Part shown: piece by piece, positions 17,312 through 26,499 of the stretch
Layout of the letters: the number at the start of each line of letters is the position of its first letter
Numbering within the stretch: position 1 is the first letter of the stretch
DNA from: a virus
Taxonomy: Duplodnaviria; Heunggongvirae; Uroviricota; Caudoviricetes
Direction: 5' to 3' (one strand)
IMG/VR virus record: IMGVR_UViG_3300037067_008629
Location: 22,078-86,077 of that record
Length of the DNA: 64,000 nt
Translations under genes and position numbers: made by a program
The notes under the pieces: model-generated
What the model was told of the DNA's origin: nothing
The model's input: only the letters and a program-made list of their open reading frames with translations
The model's database searches: none

Positions 17312-17704
17312 TTAATCCTCCAATTCTTTTAAAATTTCATCTAATTCTTCAACATTTAAACAATCTTTTTGTTTTAGATAGTCCCAAAGATTAGGTTCTT
17401 TGAATAACCTGTCATACTGTTCTTCGGAAGCTTCTGTAAGAATCCAAATTCCACAGCCGTTTGCCATAAGTACTGGAAACTTCCATTTTTGAGCTTTGGT
17501 AAATCTAAAACTATCTTCGTATTTTATTTCTATAAAACGCAATCCAAACTTTTTATGGCAAGCAAATAAATCTGGCAACCCAGATTGAAAAGCACCGCCA
17601 ACAAGCCGCTCTACATGCCAGCCACGTTCTCGCAAGAATTTAGCTACTTCACCTTGTATTCCATACTCGGGACCATGTTTATCCCGTAACTTGGGCTTGT
17701 CCAT
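17312..17704 (-). CDS. VRR-NUC domain nuclease
   Basis: GLPDLFACHKKFGLRFIEIKY matches the VRR-NUC G-x-PD-L...E-h-K PD-(D/E)XK signature. Confidence 0.5.
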   Translation of the reverse strand: MDKPKLRDKHGPEYGIQGEVAKFLRERGWHVERLVGGAFQSGLPDLFACHKKFGLRFIEIKYEDSFRFTKAQKWKFPVLMANGCGIWILTEASEEQYDRLFKEPNLWDYLKQKDCLNVEELDEILKELED

Positions 17705-18059
17705 AAATATCTCTTAAACATTGAAGTCCTAATAATACGCAAGCCTCACGGCCCTCAGGAATCGTAATTCCAACTAAATCAAACATTTTTTGATTTGTGA
17801 ATGTTGCTATATCGTCTAATGATTTTCCTCGAAAATATTCAACTAACATAGCTGCTGAACACTGGCTGATACAGCAACCACGACCGCAATATTCAAGCTG
17901 TTTAATAATATTGGCTTCAACAATTGCATCAATATCAATAACATCTTTACAAACTTCATTCATACAGGTTGCTGTGAAAGAAGGATTCGAGATTCTCCGA
18001 GCTAAAGCTGGGTCGAAATATCTTAATAGTCGCTCTGTATAAATTTCTTCTCGGCTCAT
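17679..18059 (-). CDS. IscU/NifU-like Fe-S cluster scaffold homolog
   Basis: YCGRGCCISQCSAAMLVEYFRGKSLDDI parallels IscU FGCGSAIASSSLVTEWVKGKSLDEA. An upstream Cys (TATCMNEVCKDV) parallels the IscU Cys in GAPACGDV. Confidence 0.5.
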   Translation of the reverse strand: MSREEIYTERLLRYFDPALARRISNPSFTATCMNEVCKDVIDIDAIVEANIIKQLEYCGRGCCISQCSAAMLVEYFRGKSLDDIATFTNQKMFDLVGITIPEGREACVLLGLQCLRDIYGQAQVTG

Positions 18060-18256
18060 ATCTTAAACCACCAACAGAGAGTCGAAGTAACACTTGTCGC
18101 AATAGTCATAAAGAAAATAAGTCCAGGCCAGACACTACCAAAAAAGAGGGAGACTTTACTCTTATCTTCGGCTGCATGGGGTAAATTTAGAAGCATGTTA
18201 AATATACCCAATTCTGTAAGTACTAAAATTACAGAAATAATCGCAATCATTCCCAT
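18056..18256 (-). CDS. small two-TM membrane protein (holin-like size)
   Basis: 66 aa with two hydrophobic helices. Confidence 0.35.
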   Translation of the reverse strand: MGMIAIISVILVLTELGIFNMLLNLPHAAEDKSKVSLFFGSVWPGLIFFMTIATSVTSTLCWWFKI

Positions 18257-18423
18257 GTCTTTTCACCTTCTAGCAAATTAATGCCCTTTTCTTCTGAAAG
18301 CTGAACCAGCTTACGTAAGAGTCCGCCACGAGATTCAGTCTGCCACTCGACAATTTTCTGTTGTGAGGCTAAGGCGCGAACTTGGACTAAAGTCAAGGTA
18401 TTTAGTTGATCTAATGTGTTCAT
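18247..18423 (-). CDS. small hypothetical protein (not in ORF track)
   Basis: 58-codon ORF reading MNTLDQLNTLTLVQVRALASQQKIVEWQTESRGG. It is bracketed by ATGA overlaps with both neighbours. Track ORF 18335..18619 in another frame is probably spurious. Confidence 0.35.
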   Translation of the reverse strand: MNTLDQLNTLTLVQVRALASQQKIVEWQTESRGGLLRKLVQLSEEKGINLLEGEKTWE

Positions 18424-18737
18424 AATGTGTACTCCACTTCCAGGGTATTGGCAAAAATTGCAGCATATTTAAGTAGTATCCAAGTTTGTTTATCTTCATC
18501 TTCAGAGGTATTGGGTATTTGTATGATTCCACCTTTGAATATATCATCAGCATACAATCCTGGTAATGTAAATAAATAACCAATTTCAACTCGCCAAGGA
18601 TCAGTGTATGTAATTTCAATACGTTGTCCTGGACGAACAGAAGACCAGTCTCCGATTAATTTCTCTTTAGGGAATGGTGTACCATCGTCTACCGAATGGA
18701 TGACTAATGCAACCAGTGTATTTAATTTTTCAAGCAT
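18420..18737 (-). CDS. hypothetical protein
   Basis: 105-aa ORF. Confidence 0.4.
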   Translation of the reverse strand: MLEKLNTLVALVIHSVDDGTPFPKEKLIGDWSSVRPGQRIEITYTDPWRVEIGYLFTLPGLYADDIFKGGIIQIPNTSEDEDKQTWILLKYAAIFANTLEVEYTL

Positions 18738-18763
18738 TATTTCTCCCGTATGATAATAGAATA

Positions 18764-19339
18764 CTAAATATCAATGTGTGACCATCGAGTTCGATTTAAA
18801 ACTTGAGTAATTGCTGGGGTGCAACAATTAAATTTAGTAGCAATTTGTCGGTGAAATAACCCAAGATTACGAAGTCTAAAAATTTCTGGGATATCAATTG
18901 GTCTTAGTTTTCTATACTTTGATTGTCCACCCTTTGCTTCTTCGTGACGAATATCAATATAACAATTTTGAGGACTATAGTGTCCTAAATCCCGTTTTCT
19001 GTGTACCCACAAACCTTGACGCCAATTATTGGACACTGCCCACTGTTTAAAATTTAAATATGATCTCCACGATATACAACATCCATGTTTGCTGCCCTTA
19101 ATTCGAGTCCATACATCATAAAGAGCACTCCTACTATCACCGTGTCTTCTATTCCCACAACTATTACATCCTTGACTGGCTTTAGTTTTAAGATGATTTG
19201 CTTGTATTGTCTTTGTTTTACCACAAGTACATAAACAATCACAATAGGTTCGACCATTTTGTCGAAACGTAGTTAATACTTTCCACTTACCAAATTGCAT
19301 TCCAGTTAAATCTTGTAAAGTAGGCATTATTTTTTCCAT
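18764..19339 (-). CDS. Cys-rich zinc-finger protein (HNH-like endonuclease family common in phages)
   Basis: GMQFGKWKVL...YCDCLCTCGKTKTI...CNSCGNRRHG is a pattern I associate with phage zinc-ribbon/HNH-like proteins. It sits immediately next to the DNA polymerase gene. Confidence 0.35.
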   Translation of the reverse strand: MEKIMPTLQDLTGMQFGKWKVLTTFRQNGRTYCDCLCTCGKTKTIQANHLKTKASQGCNSCGNRRHGDSRSALYDVWTRIKGSKHGCCISWRSYLNFKQWAVSNNWRQGLWVHRKRDLGHYSPQNCYIDIRHEEAKGGQSKYRKLRPIDIPEIFRLRNLGLFHRQIATKFNCCTPAITQVLNRTRWSHIDI

Positions 19340-21693
19340 GTAATATGCAATGTTTTAGAACCCGCTTTCTTTTCGGCCCAATTATTCATTGCTAATTGCC
19401 ATTTAAGTCCAATTAATGGAACCTGTGGTCTAAAGGATTCAACTGCGTGTTGTACTGTATCCGCAACAGTATCAATTACATTTGGATGCGTGACGCATAA
19501 AATCTCATCGTGGATATTCATGGGGGCAACTAATAAAGGTCCCACACCTACAGGCTGCAAATCCCATACTTTCCGTTGAACGGCTTTAGTAATTTGAGCA
19601 CCAGGAGACTGAATTAAGTGATTATTAGCCGCTCGCATATCCGCAGCTTGAATCTGGAATGCAGCACCAAATAAAGCCGACTGTACAGCACCACCAGCTG
19701 TTTGAACTCGATCTCGACGTGTCACTTTAACAGGGCAGGCGCGCCAGGCTTTTGGTGGTTGATTAGCTAGTTTAAATAATTCTTTACAAATCTTATTTTC
19801 AAGTGTAAAATATCGTCTAAAACCTAAAAATGTCTCACAATAATCAGACGGGTCTTTCCAAACAACTTGTGTGCCTAAACCTCCAGGTTGTCGCATTGAG
19901 CAAAAATTATCAAAAATTCTCATTCTCGCTTTTCCAATACCTGGATACTTAGCACACCATTTGTCATAAGCTTTCTTTGCTTGATCTAATGGGATTGACA
20001 ATTTTTGATTCCAAGTATTAAAATCTCCACCATATAAGAAGCCGAACATGCCAGATTTAGCCCGAGAATACAAATCCAGATCAGTGCCCTTTGATGCATT
20101 AATTTCTTCGTATGTTTTTCCATATAATTCCATGCCTAATAAAGAGTGGACACTTTTACCTTCAACAAGCGTTTGACGAAGATATTCATCATCAAACACG
20201 GCATCGGCGAGGGTTACTTCAAACGCATCAAAGTCACCACCACATAATTGATAGCCATCCCAAGTTAAAGGAAACATTCGACGAACAGTATCAGTCTTCT
20301 TGATGCCTTGTGCGTTCAAACCATCACCACCTGACATACGTGATGATAAAGCACCAATAACCTTAAAACTGGCATGAAAACGTTTAGCCTTTAGAAGCTT
20401 TGCATATAATTCAATTTCTTTAGATGCTGCCTTAATATCCAGTAGTTCAGTTGCTCGAATGGCTGCTGGATGTTTGCCTACTTGTAACTTACCACTATTA
20501 TTGCAGCGTAGACAACCCTCACCTAAACACTTGGTACACTCCTCTTCTTCAGTAATATACCAAGAGGCAACAGTTTCTAAGTTAGCTTTTCGAGTGCTTT
20601 CTTCAATAATAACGGCTTCGATTTCATCCATGGTTTCCATCAAATATCGACGAACTGAAGCTGGCTTATTAATATTAATTGGAGAACTAGCAACCTTGAT
20701 AATAGCTGCTTGCATCAGTTGTTCAAGTCCTGGGCGATCATATTCAAAGCCATGCCAACGCACCACAGGTACCATACATGCTAAAATACTATCATCATCA
20801 TTTGGTTCAGGTTCTCCGAAAAACTTATATAATCCCCGAGTATAGACAATATCATCATGAGCATACTCGCGCGCGTGTTCATTCTCATGCCAATGACGAA
20901 TATGCTCATGTATTAAGGCAGGCCAAGCCATCCCTACAAGTTTTCCTTCAGTATCATAGCATTCCCAATCAGGAGCCGAGGCAACTGCTGTAGCATACGG
21001 TGCATAACCTAATTCAAAAGGCCGCCAACTAGAATCTAGTTCAATATCGGCATAGTGATGTTTAGGCGGTGTTTTCATCGCATATTCTGCTAAGAATTTC
21101 AAGCCACCGGCTGCATTAAACTTTAATACCACATCTTTGAAGTCTGGATTTACTATACCCTTCTTCGAGGTAATATCAAGTACCTTCCATTTAGGAGCAG
21201 ACTTATCAACCGTCTTCGCAAAATAGATTCCGTCCAATTCAATCTTCCGTTCTAACTCTTGAGCTAAGGCATATGCAAGGGCTGTGGGGACTCTCTTGAT
21301 GCGTATATCCTCACGGGCCATTAACGACTGGAAGGGACCCTTGCGTGAGTGGAGAAGTAAATCCATGGCTCCAGCGGGCTTTACACAAGGACCATCAATA
21401 CCCTTGGGTTCGGCCTGAGCAATCTCTTCGATATGTTGCTCTGGAATCCAGTCTGGTGGTAATAAACTCCAAATAGTGTAGATTTTGGCTATATGAAACA
21501 TATCGAAAGCCAAATTGAAACCGACTACAGTGTGCTCACAAATCCACTCAATAAGAGCTAAAGTCTCACTAACAGGATGCTTCCAGACTTCATAAAGCGT
21601 AATATTTCCCTCTTCAACAGCGTATTGCAATAGCACCATCATGCTATGCAAGCCGCAAGTTTCAGAGTCAAGATATAATTTAGGTGGATTCAT
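19327..21693 (-). CDS. family A DNA polymerase with 3'-5' exonuclease
   Basis: Exo I is DSETCGL. Pol motif A is DFDAFEVTLAD, motif B is RAKSGMFGFLYGG (R-x-x-x-K...F-G-x-x-Y-G), and motif C is NIHDEIL. Confidence 0.8.
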   Translation of the reverse strand: MNPPKLYLDSETCGLHSMMVLLQYAVEEGNITLYEVWKHPVSETLALIEWICEHTVVGFNLAFDMFHIAKIYTIWSLLPPDWIPEQHIEEIAQAEPKGIDGPCVKPAGAMDLLLHSRKGPFQSLMAREDIRIKRVPTALAYALAQELERKIELDGIYFAKTVDKSAPKWKVLDITSKKGIVNPDFKDVVLKFNAAGGLKFLAEYAMKTPPKHHYADIELDSSWRPFELGYAPYATAVASAPDWECYDTEGKLVGMAWPALIHEHIRHWHENEHAREYAHDDIVYTRGLYKFFGEPEPNDDDSILACMVPVVRWHGFEYDRPGLEQLMQAAIIKVASSPININKPASVRRYLMETMDEIEAVIIEESTRKANLETVASWYITEEEECTKCLGEGCLRCNNSGKLQVGKHPAAIRATELLDIKAASKEIELYAKLLKAKRFHASFKVIGALSSRMSGGDGLNAQGIKKTDTVRRMFPLTWDGYQLCGGDFDAFEVTLADAVFDDEYLRQTLVEGKSVHSLLGMELYGKTYEEINASKGTDLDLYSRAKSGMFGFLYGGDFNTWNQKLSIPLDQAKKAYDKWCAKYPGIGKARMRIFDNFCSMRQPGGLGTQVVWKDPSDYCETFLGFRRYFTLENKICKELFKLANQPPKAWRACPVKVTRRDRVQTAGGAVQSALFGAAFQIQAADMRAANNHLIQSPGAQITKAVQRKVWDLQPVGVGPLLVAPMNIHDEILCVTHPNVIDTVADTVQHAVESFRPQVPLIGLKWQLAMNNWAEKKAGSKTLHITWKK

Positions 21694-22085
21694 TATTCGC
21701 CTATAAGTTTCGCTTCAGTATGAGGCCACATTTCATACGACCAACATGGCCCACGTAAACTAACTGATTTAACTAATCCTGTGACATAACGGCCATGACG
21801 GTGTAGATCAATAATAAGATGTCGGTTGCGAACTATAAGTCCTGCAAATAAAGTACCGTTTTCGTCAATAGAACCCGCTATTTGACATTTATATTGGCCC
21901 GAAATAGCTTCTGTATTACTACTCGAAACATATAATGTTCTTTTTTTGAATACAAATTCAAAAACATGTTTTGTAGTTTCGACAAAAATAGTAGTGCCAA
22001 CAGGCAACTTAGCTGGTTCCACCACTCCTTCTAGCCTTACACTTTCGAGTTCTTCTTCGCTTGGATACATGTTTTCTTGTCGCAT
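21693..22085 (-). CDS. hypothetical protein
   Basis: 130-aa ORF. Confidence 0.35.
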   Translation of the reverse strand: MRQENMYPSEEELESVRLEGVVEPAKLPVGTTIFVETTKHVFEFVFKKRTLYVSSSNTEAISGQYKCQIAGSIDENGTLFAGLIVRNRHLIIDLHRHGRYVTGLVKSVSLRGPCWSYEMWPHTEAKLIGE

Positions 22086-22932
22086 GAGTCTTATCCTCTA
22101 GTATAAGTTGGACACTCTTCTCTGTCAATCGTTTTTCTACTAAATTATCAATATAGGCGTGAATTTCTTCAGGAGACATCTGGCCCAATGTATATAATAG
22201 TACTTTCGTAGCCAATCCCGCTAGTCTACGTTCAATCAAATAGAGCATCAATTCTTTGATATCATCTGTTTTGGGTTTTAGAAAAATTCGCTTTCTTCTA
22301 TAACCCTCTTTATTCCGAATAATTGATCGGCCTTCTTTTCGAGCTTCAATAATTTGTTGGACTAAATGATTCCTATTCATAGCAGAAGTGGAATGGGCCA
22401 GTTTAATATCTTCAGATGTAAATAATCCTATGGCAGCTGCTTGTTGAGCTTCTTCTGGTAAGTCTAAGAGCATCCTACGAACTTTAACCCACATTGAACC
22501 ACGATTTAATGCACGACCAATTGCGATAATAGGTGTGTCTTTTTGAAATGCTAAAGCAATAGCTTTAGCTTCTTCCAATATATTTAAATCTTTACGTTCC
22601 AAATTTTCAGTGAAATTAAGAATCCTTGCTGTCTCTTCAGTTAAATCTGTTCGCACAGTAGCAAGGATAGTTGGTTGCCGTAACAAAGTGGTACAAGTAA
22701 AGAATCTTCGGTACCCAGCAACCAGCAAGAATTGATAACCCTCAGGCAGGTTTTCTCTCGGCCAAACAATCACTGGGATTTGTAAGCCATGATCTTTTAT
22801 ACTTGACGCAAGATCAACTAATTTTGTTGGCTGTATTCTCCCACGACAATTCCATTCTTCATCCGCATAAATAAGTGATGGATCAACATGATAGGTAATA
22901 TGTGTATTAGCAGTTTCCATTTGGTGCTCCAA
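22009..22932 (-). CDS. ParB-like nuclease (ParB/Srx) domain protein
   Basis: Only a general ParB N-terminal-like pattern in the first ~100 aa, with a helical rest. The start may be downstream of the track start. Confidence 0.45.
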   Translation of the reverse strand: MEHQMETANTHITYHVDPSLIYADEEWNCRGRIQPTKLVDLASSIKDHGLQIPVIVWPRENLPEGYQFLLVAGYRRFFTCTTLLRQPTILATVRTDLTEETARILNFTENLERKDLNILEEAKAIALAFQKDTPIIAIGRALNRGSMWVKVRRMLLDLPEEAQQAAAIGLFTSEDIKLAHSTSAMNRNHLVQQIIEARKEGRSIIRNKEGYRRKRIFLKPKTDDIKELMLYLIERRLAGLATKVLLYTLGQMSPEEIHAYIDNLVEKRLTEKSVQLILEDKTHATRKHVSKRRRTRKCKARRSGGTS

Positions 22933-23848
22933 ACATAGCTACAATTTCTTTATGATCTGGATCACTCGGGCGTGTGGCTTTATAAATTAGTCTCTCAGGA
23001 GTATCTGCTATCATAAAAAGCCGTTCCTTTTCACGCTTAGCATCCAAGATATTTATTCTCACCTTTATTATATGTGTCAAACACGGGACCGAGACGATTG
23101 TGTGCAGACTAAAGAAACCTGTATGCTTGTCAATAATGGCTGACCAACCTTCATAGCCCAACAACTTATCTATTTTCTCTCGTAAACGTCCTTTAGTATC
23201 TGTGATATAACTTAAATCCAGATCATAAGTCATACCAAGTGCAGGAACAATTTCATCTGGTAGTGGTAATTGTTTAGGTAAACCTTGTGCAGCTAATGAA
23301 CAAATATATGCTTGTTTTGAATAAATAAATGATTTATAACTAGCTGTTTTTAATCGCTCATAAAAAACTTCTGGGCTAACATCTTCCCGTGGTATATCTA
23401 ATTCCACGAACTTGCGACATTTAACAGGACCCGTTAATAAGGTTCCACTATCATTAGTAATATTATATTCAAATTGATCTGGGTCAATACCAACGAGTTT
23501 AATTAAGAGTATATAGTTACCAAAATACTTAACTGACCTTAGAGAGGCACACATGTGCGCTTTATCTATTTCAATCTCCCAATCCAACAGACCCATCATC
23601 ATACTAACAATGATACGTAAAGCTTCTGGATGTTCATTCTTTTTTATAATATAAACAAACATAGCATCATAATCTGATGCTACTGCTGTTTTTGTATAAA
23701 ATTCATCTGGCATTGGGAACAAGCGTGGCAATTCCTTTACCAACTTCTGGTAAACTGCCATATCTGCATTCAGATTTAAACGCTCTTCTTGAGCCGATTC
23801 ACCAAGACTCAACAGAAGATCATTGATTGTCTTCCGCATCTTCCACAT
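22907..23848 (-). CDS. hypothetical protein
   Basis: 313-aa ORF. Confidence 0.4.
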   Translation of the reverse strand: MWKMRKTINDLLLSLGESAQEERLNLNADMAVYQKLVKELPRLFPMPDEFYTKTAVASDYDAMFVYIIKKNEHPEALRIIVSMMMGLLDWEIEIDKAHMCASLRSVKYFGNYILLIKLVGIDPDQFEYNITNDSGTLLTGPVKCRKFVELDIPREDVSPEVFYERLKTASYKSFIYSKQAYICSLAAQGLPKQLPLPDEIVPALGMTYDLDLSYITDTKGRLREKIDKLLGYEGWSAIIDKHTGFFSLHTIVSVPCLTHIIKVRINILDAKREKERLFMIADTPERLIYKATRPSDPDHKEIVAMFGAPNGNC

Positions 23849-24075
23849 CCTCTGTTTCTCGTTCTAGCCAATCCACTGCCATAATAAAGTCGATTATTTG
23901 CATATGAACTCCTCATATTAATTTTCCCCGCTGATTCGCACTGCTGGCTCAGCGGTCGGCCTTTTTATAGGTTTTACTGCCATGGTCTAGTAAAACCAAA
24001 TCCAGAGTTGAAGAATATTCTCCGTTTATAAAAGGCTATCTTAGACGTGAGTTTTATTCCTTTTCTCTGGGTTAG

Positions 24076-24149
24076 CTCCAAGGGCAGGACTCGAACCTGC
24101 AACCCGACGGTTAACAGCCGTCTGCTCTACCGGATTGAGCTACCTCGGA
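24076..24149 (-). tRNA. tRNA-Asn (anticodon GUU)
   Basis: Folded by hand from the minus strand: acceptor TCCGAGG/CCTTGGA, D-arm GCTC-AATCCGGTA-GAGC, anticodon stem GACGG/CCGTC with loop CTGTTAA, T-arm GCAGG-TTCGAGT-CCTGC. Length is 74 nt and CCA is not encoded. Confidence 0.8.
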
Positions 24150-24677
24150 TTACCCTTTCCACGATACTGGGCATGGTACCACAATCTCCCCGTTCTTAAT
24201 AAGACCTAAAACTTTAATATCTTCATCTGATTCTATTAAATCTCGGTTGTTTGCAAACCAATCAATTATAGGGATTAGTTCTGGATAAGTTTTTTCAGCC
24301 CTATCTTTACAAATCTCTACGTCAGTGTCGATTATCTGCATGTATCTAGTCCACAAAACATCTTGTGAACATTTAAAATCATCACGGTTTTTTCTCTTCA
24401 GAGAGGTTGCATCAAGAATAACTACCTTATGTCCAGCAAGAAATAATGATCTCACCATTGTACGTGCAGTGGCCCAAATTTCGTGCTCAATTGGTCCCCA
24501 CCATCGCATACCAGTTTTAGCAAGCCGGATAGCATCAGGGCAAACAATTGGATATCCTTGTGCTAGTGCCCAAGTAGATTTACCAGAACGTGGCAAACCT
24601 ACCATCATCACTAACATATTGTCCTTGCTATTTGGATTATATATCCCAACATCACAACTTCTATCGGCTAGTATCAT
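24150..24677 (-). CDS. polynucleotide 5'-kinase (T4 Pnk kinase-domain-like P-loop protein)
   Basis: Walker A MMVGLPRSGKSTWA closely matches T4 Pnk GCPGSGKSTWA. Length is 175 aa. It sits directly beside tRNA-Asn and a phosphoesterase and RNA ligase lie just upstream. Confidence 0.55.
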   Translation of the reverse strand: MILADRSCDVGIYNPNSKDNMLVMMVGLPRSGKSTWALAQGYPIVCPDAIRLAKTGMRWWGPIEHEIWATARTMVRSLFLAGHKVVILDATSLKRKNRDDFKCSQDVLWTRYMQIIDTDVEICKDRAEKTYPELIPIIDWFANNRDLIESDEDIKVLGLIKNGEIVVPCPVSWKG

Positions 24678-24846
24678 TTTTCAACCAACTCTATTACCAA
24701 GGTATTAGTCAATTCTTTTTTACTATTACTAACTTCACAAGAATAAATTAAATCAATATCGTCATAGTATCTATCATCATACACAAATACTTTAACAGGC
24801 ATGTCGCTAGAGTATTCTTGTAGCTTTAAAATTAATTCACTAACTG
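24674..24846 (-). CDS. small hypothetical protein (not in ORF track)
   Basis: 57-codon ORF reading [31 protein letters not shown]. Its stop overlaps the kinase start (ATGA). Confidence 0.3.
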
Positions 24847-26142
24847 TCATATTCCAACCTCGTCCATTAATGCAATTTTATAACGTTGTGGACCTTTTTG
24901 TTCGTCATCAGTTTTAAGACTAACAGGTAAACGCCAAGTTATACCATACTTGGAATTTATTCCATGCACAAGTTGCTTAGGTTCCGAATAGCCACTAAAT
25001 GCATTGTAACTATAGGCATCAGTAGCAACCCAAGCTCCATTCACCAGTAACTCGCCATCTATATCGGTAAGAGTAGTTGGTCGGTGGAAGTGGCCGCAGC
25101 AGTAATAACGTATATGCGTATTCATTGCTTGATTCAAAGCCATGATACGTCGCTGACGGCGTTCCATTCCATACCACGGAATTCCCATAGTTGATTTGAT
25201 ATCGTCGCCATGGAAGCACTGAAACCCAACTCCTCCAATATCAATATTGATACTAAATGAATCTGGAATAACAAAATTAATATTCTTAATATCTCGGCAG
25301 TGCATACGAGCGGTTTCGGCAACCAAATAATCCCAATTGTCATGGGCACCATGGTAGTCCTTTTTAATCGAACGTCTTCCATGGTTTCCAGGAACATAAA
25401 CTACATTTACTGTCTCAAAGTATGGTGCCAAATCCCGATACATTAAGGAATGGAGTTCACCGATAGCAAATGAATTCTTGAACATATTCCTAAAATATGA
25501 TCGCTGATTGGCATTATGAATTTCGCCACTCGTATGATCCCCATATGCAAGGACAGTCAGTGTAGGAAATACAAACTGAGGTGCTAGCGTCTGTTGTGTC
25601 CACTTTAATACTGTATCGACATAATGTTCAGCCCGCCGCATACTAATTGGAAAATTGTACCTTTCCAAACCACCACATTCAGATGGATTTACAATCTGGT
25701 CATGGTGCCCATCACTAATATGCATAACTAGATGTTCTTCAATATGCTGGTCCTTTATAAGTTTACGTTCAATTGGCGGGACAGTCTTTAATCCAGACAT
25801 TGGAACGACAATACGTTCCATTTCTTCAACAACCGTCTTAAATAGACCATGTGTCTTAGTCATAGCCTTCACTTGTCGTTGCTTCACATTCCGTTCATCC
25901 TTTAGATGCATTACTTCCGCTTCTAAAGTTAAGACTCGATCATCCGGATCAAGATTTTTTAATTGACCCCCGCTCTTCTTCTGTGGAACTGCAATATCCA
26001 CTTGCGACCAAGCTCGTCCAGTCGCAATATCAGAAATTAAGGATCGACTGACTTTGAATCTTTGAGCAATTTGAGGCTGGGTCAAAGTTCCATTAATAAG
26101 TAATTCCTTGATACTTCTTACTTTTTTAGGATTTAATTTCAT
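24847..26142 (-). CDS. calcineurin-like metallophosphoesterase with N-terminal HTH
   Basis: Metallophosphatase motifs are present in order: HISDGHHD (DxH), [15 protein letters not shown] (GNH), CFHGDD and CGHFHRP (GHxH). The N-terminus has an HTH ([24 protein letters not shown]). Confidence 0.6.
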   Translation of the reverse strand: MKLNPKKVRSIKELLINGTLTQPQIAQRFKVSRSLISDIATGRAWSQVDIAVPQKKSGGQLKNLDPDDRVLTLEAEVMHLKDERNVKQRQVKAMTKTHGLFKTVVEEMERIVVPMSGLKTVPPIERKLIKDQHIEEHLVMHISDGHHDQIVNPSECGGLERYNFPISMRRAEHYVDTVLKWTQQTLAPQFVFPTLTVLAYGDHTSGEIHNANQRSYFRNMFKNSFAIGELHSLMYRDLAPYFETVNVVYVPGNHGRRSIKKDYHGAHDNWDYLVAETARMHCRDIKNINFVIPDSFSINIDIGGVGFQCFHGDDIKSTMGIPWYGMERRQRRIMALNQAMNTHIRYYCCGHFHRPTTLTDIDGELLVNGAWVATDAYSYNAFSGYSEPKQLVHGINSKYGITWRLPVSLKTDDEQKGPQRYKIALMDEVGI

Positions 26143-26280
26143 TTAGATTTCCTTAAATATTGTTGTGCAATTTTTAATAATTTTATGTTGTCTTTAAAGG
26201 CCCCTAGACCAATATTACACTTTTCGCATAACAACCCCCTAATCTCTCCTGTTTGATGATCGTGATCCACGGATAATGCT

Positions 26281-26499
26281 TTATTTAAATTGGCGGCGTT
26301 GTGCTGGATGCTTTTTGTATGATTGTTGGGCAGCTTTCTGTGAACACTCTTTACACCACCAATCCAATCCGTCTTTCCTTGCCGTATTTTTATAAAATAA
26401 ACAAATACGTTTACGTTTTCTACAGTGTTTACAATACTTGGTTTTTATTCCAGTGGTTAATTTAATGGAAGTCACTACGTCTAATCTCCAAATAATCAA
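26281..26499 (-). CDS. small zinc-ribbon protein
   Basis: CKHC...CKEC (CxxC...CxxC) in a 72-aa basic protein. Confidence 0.35.
   Translation of the reverse strand: MIIWRLDVVTSIKLTTGIKTKYCKHCRKRKRICLFYKNTARKDGLDWWCKECSQKAAQQSYKKHPAQRRQFK

Noticed and set aside
18335-18619. Track ORF 18335..18619 as a gene
   Set aside because: It overlaps 18420..18737 out of frame and has a poor, repetitive, hydrophobic translation. A better-fitting coupled small ORF (18247..18423) explains the gap.
23926-23972. Hairpin ccgctga...tcagcgg followed by a T-run (tcggccttttta) as a terminator
   Set aside because: The T-run is on the plus strand, where no genes are encoded nearby. On the minus strand the hairpin is followed by ggaaaauu, not a U-tract. 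At most it could stop antisense transcription.
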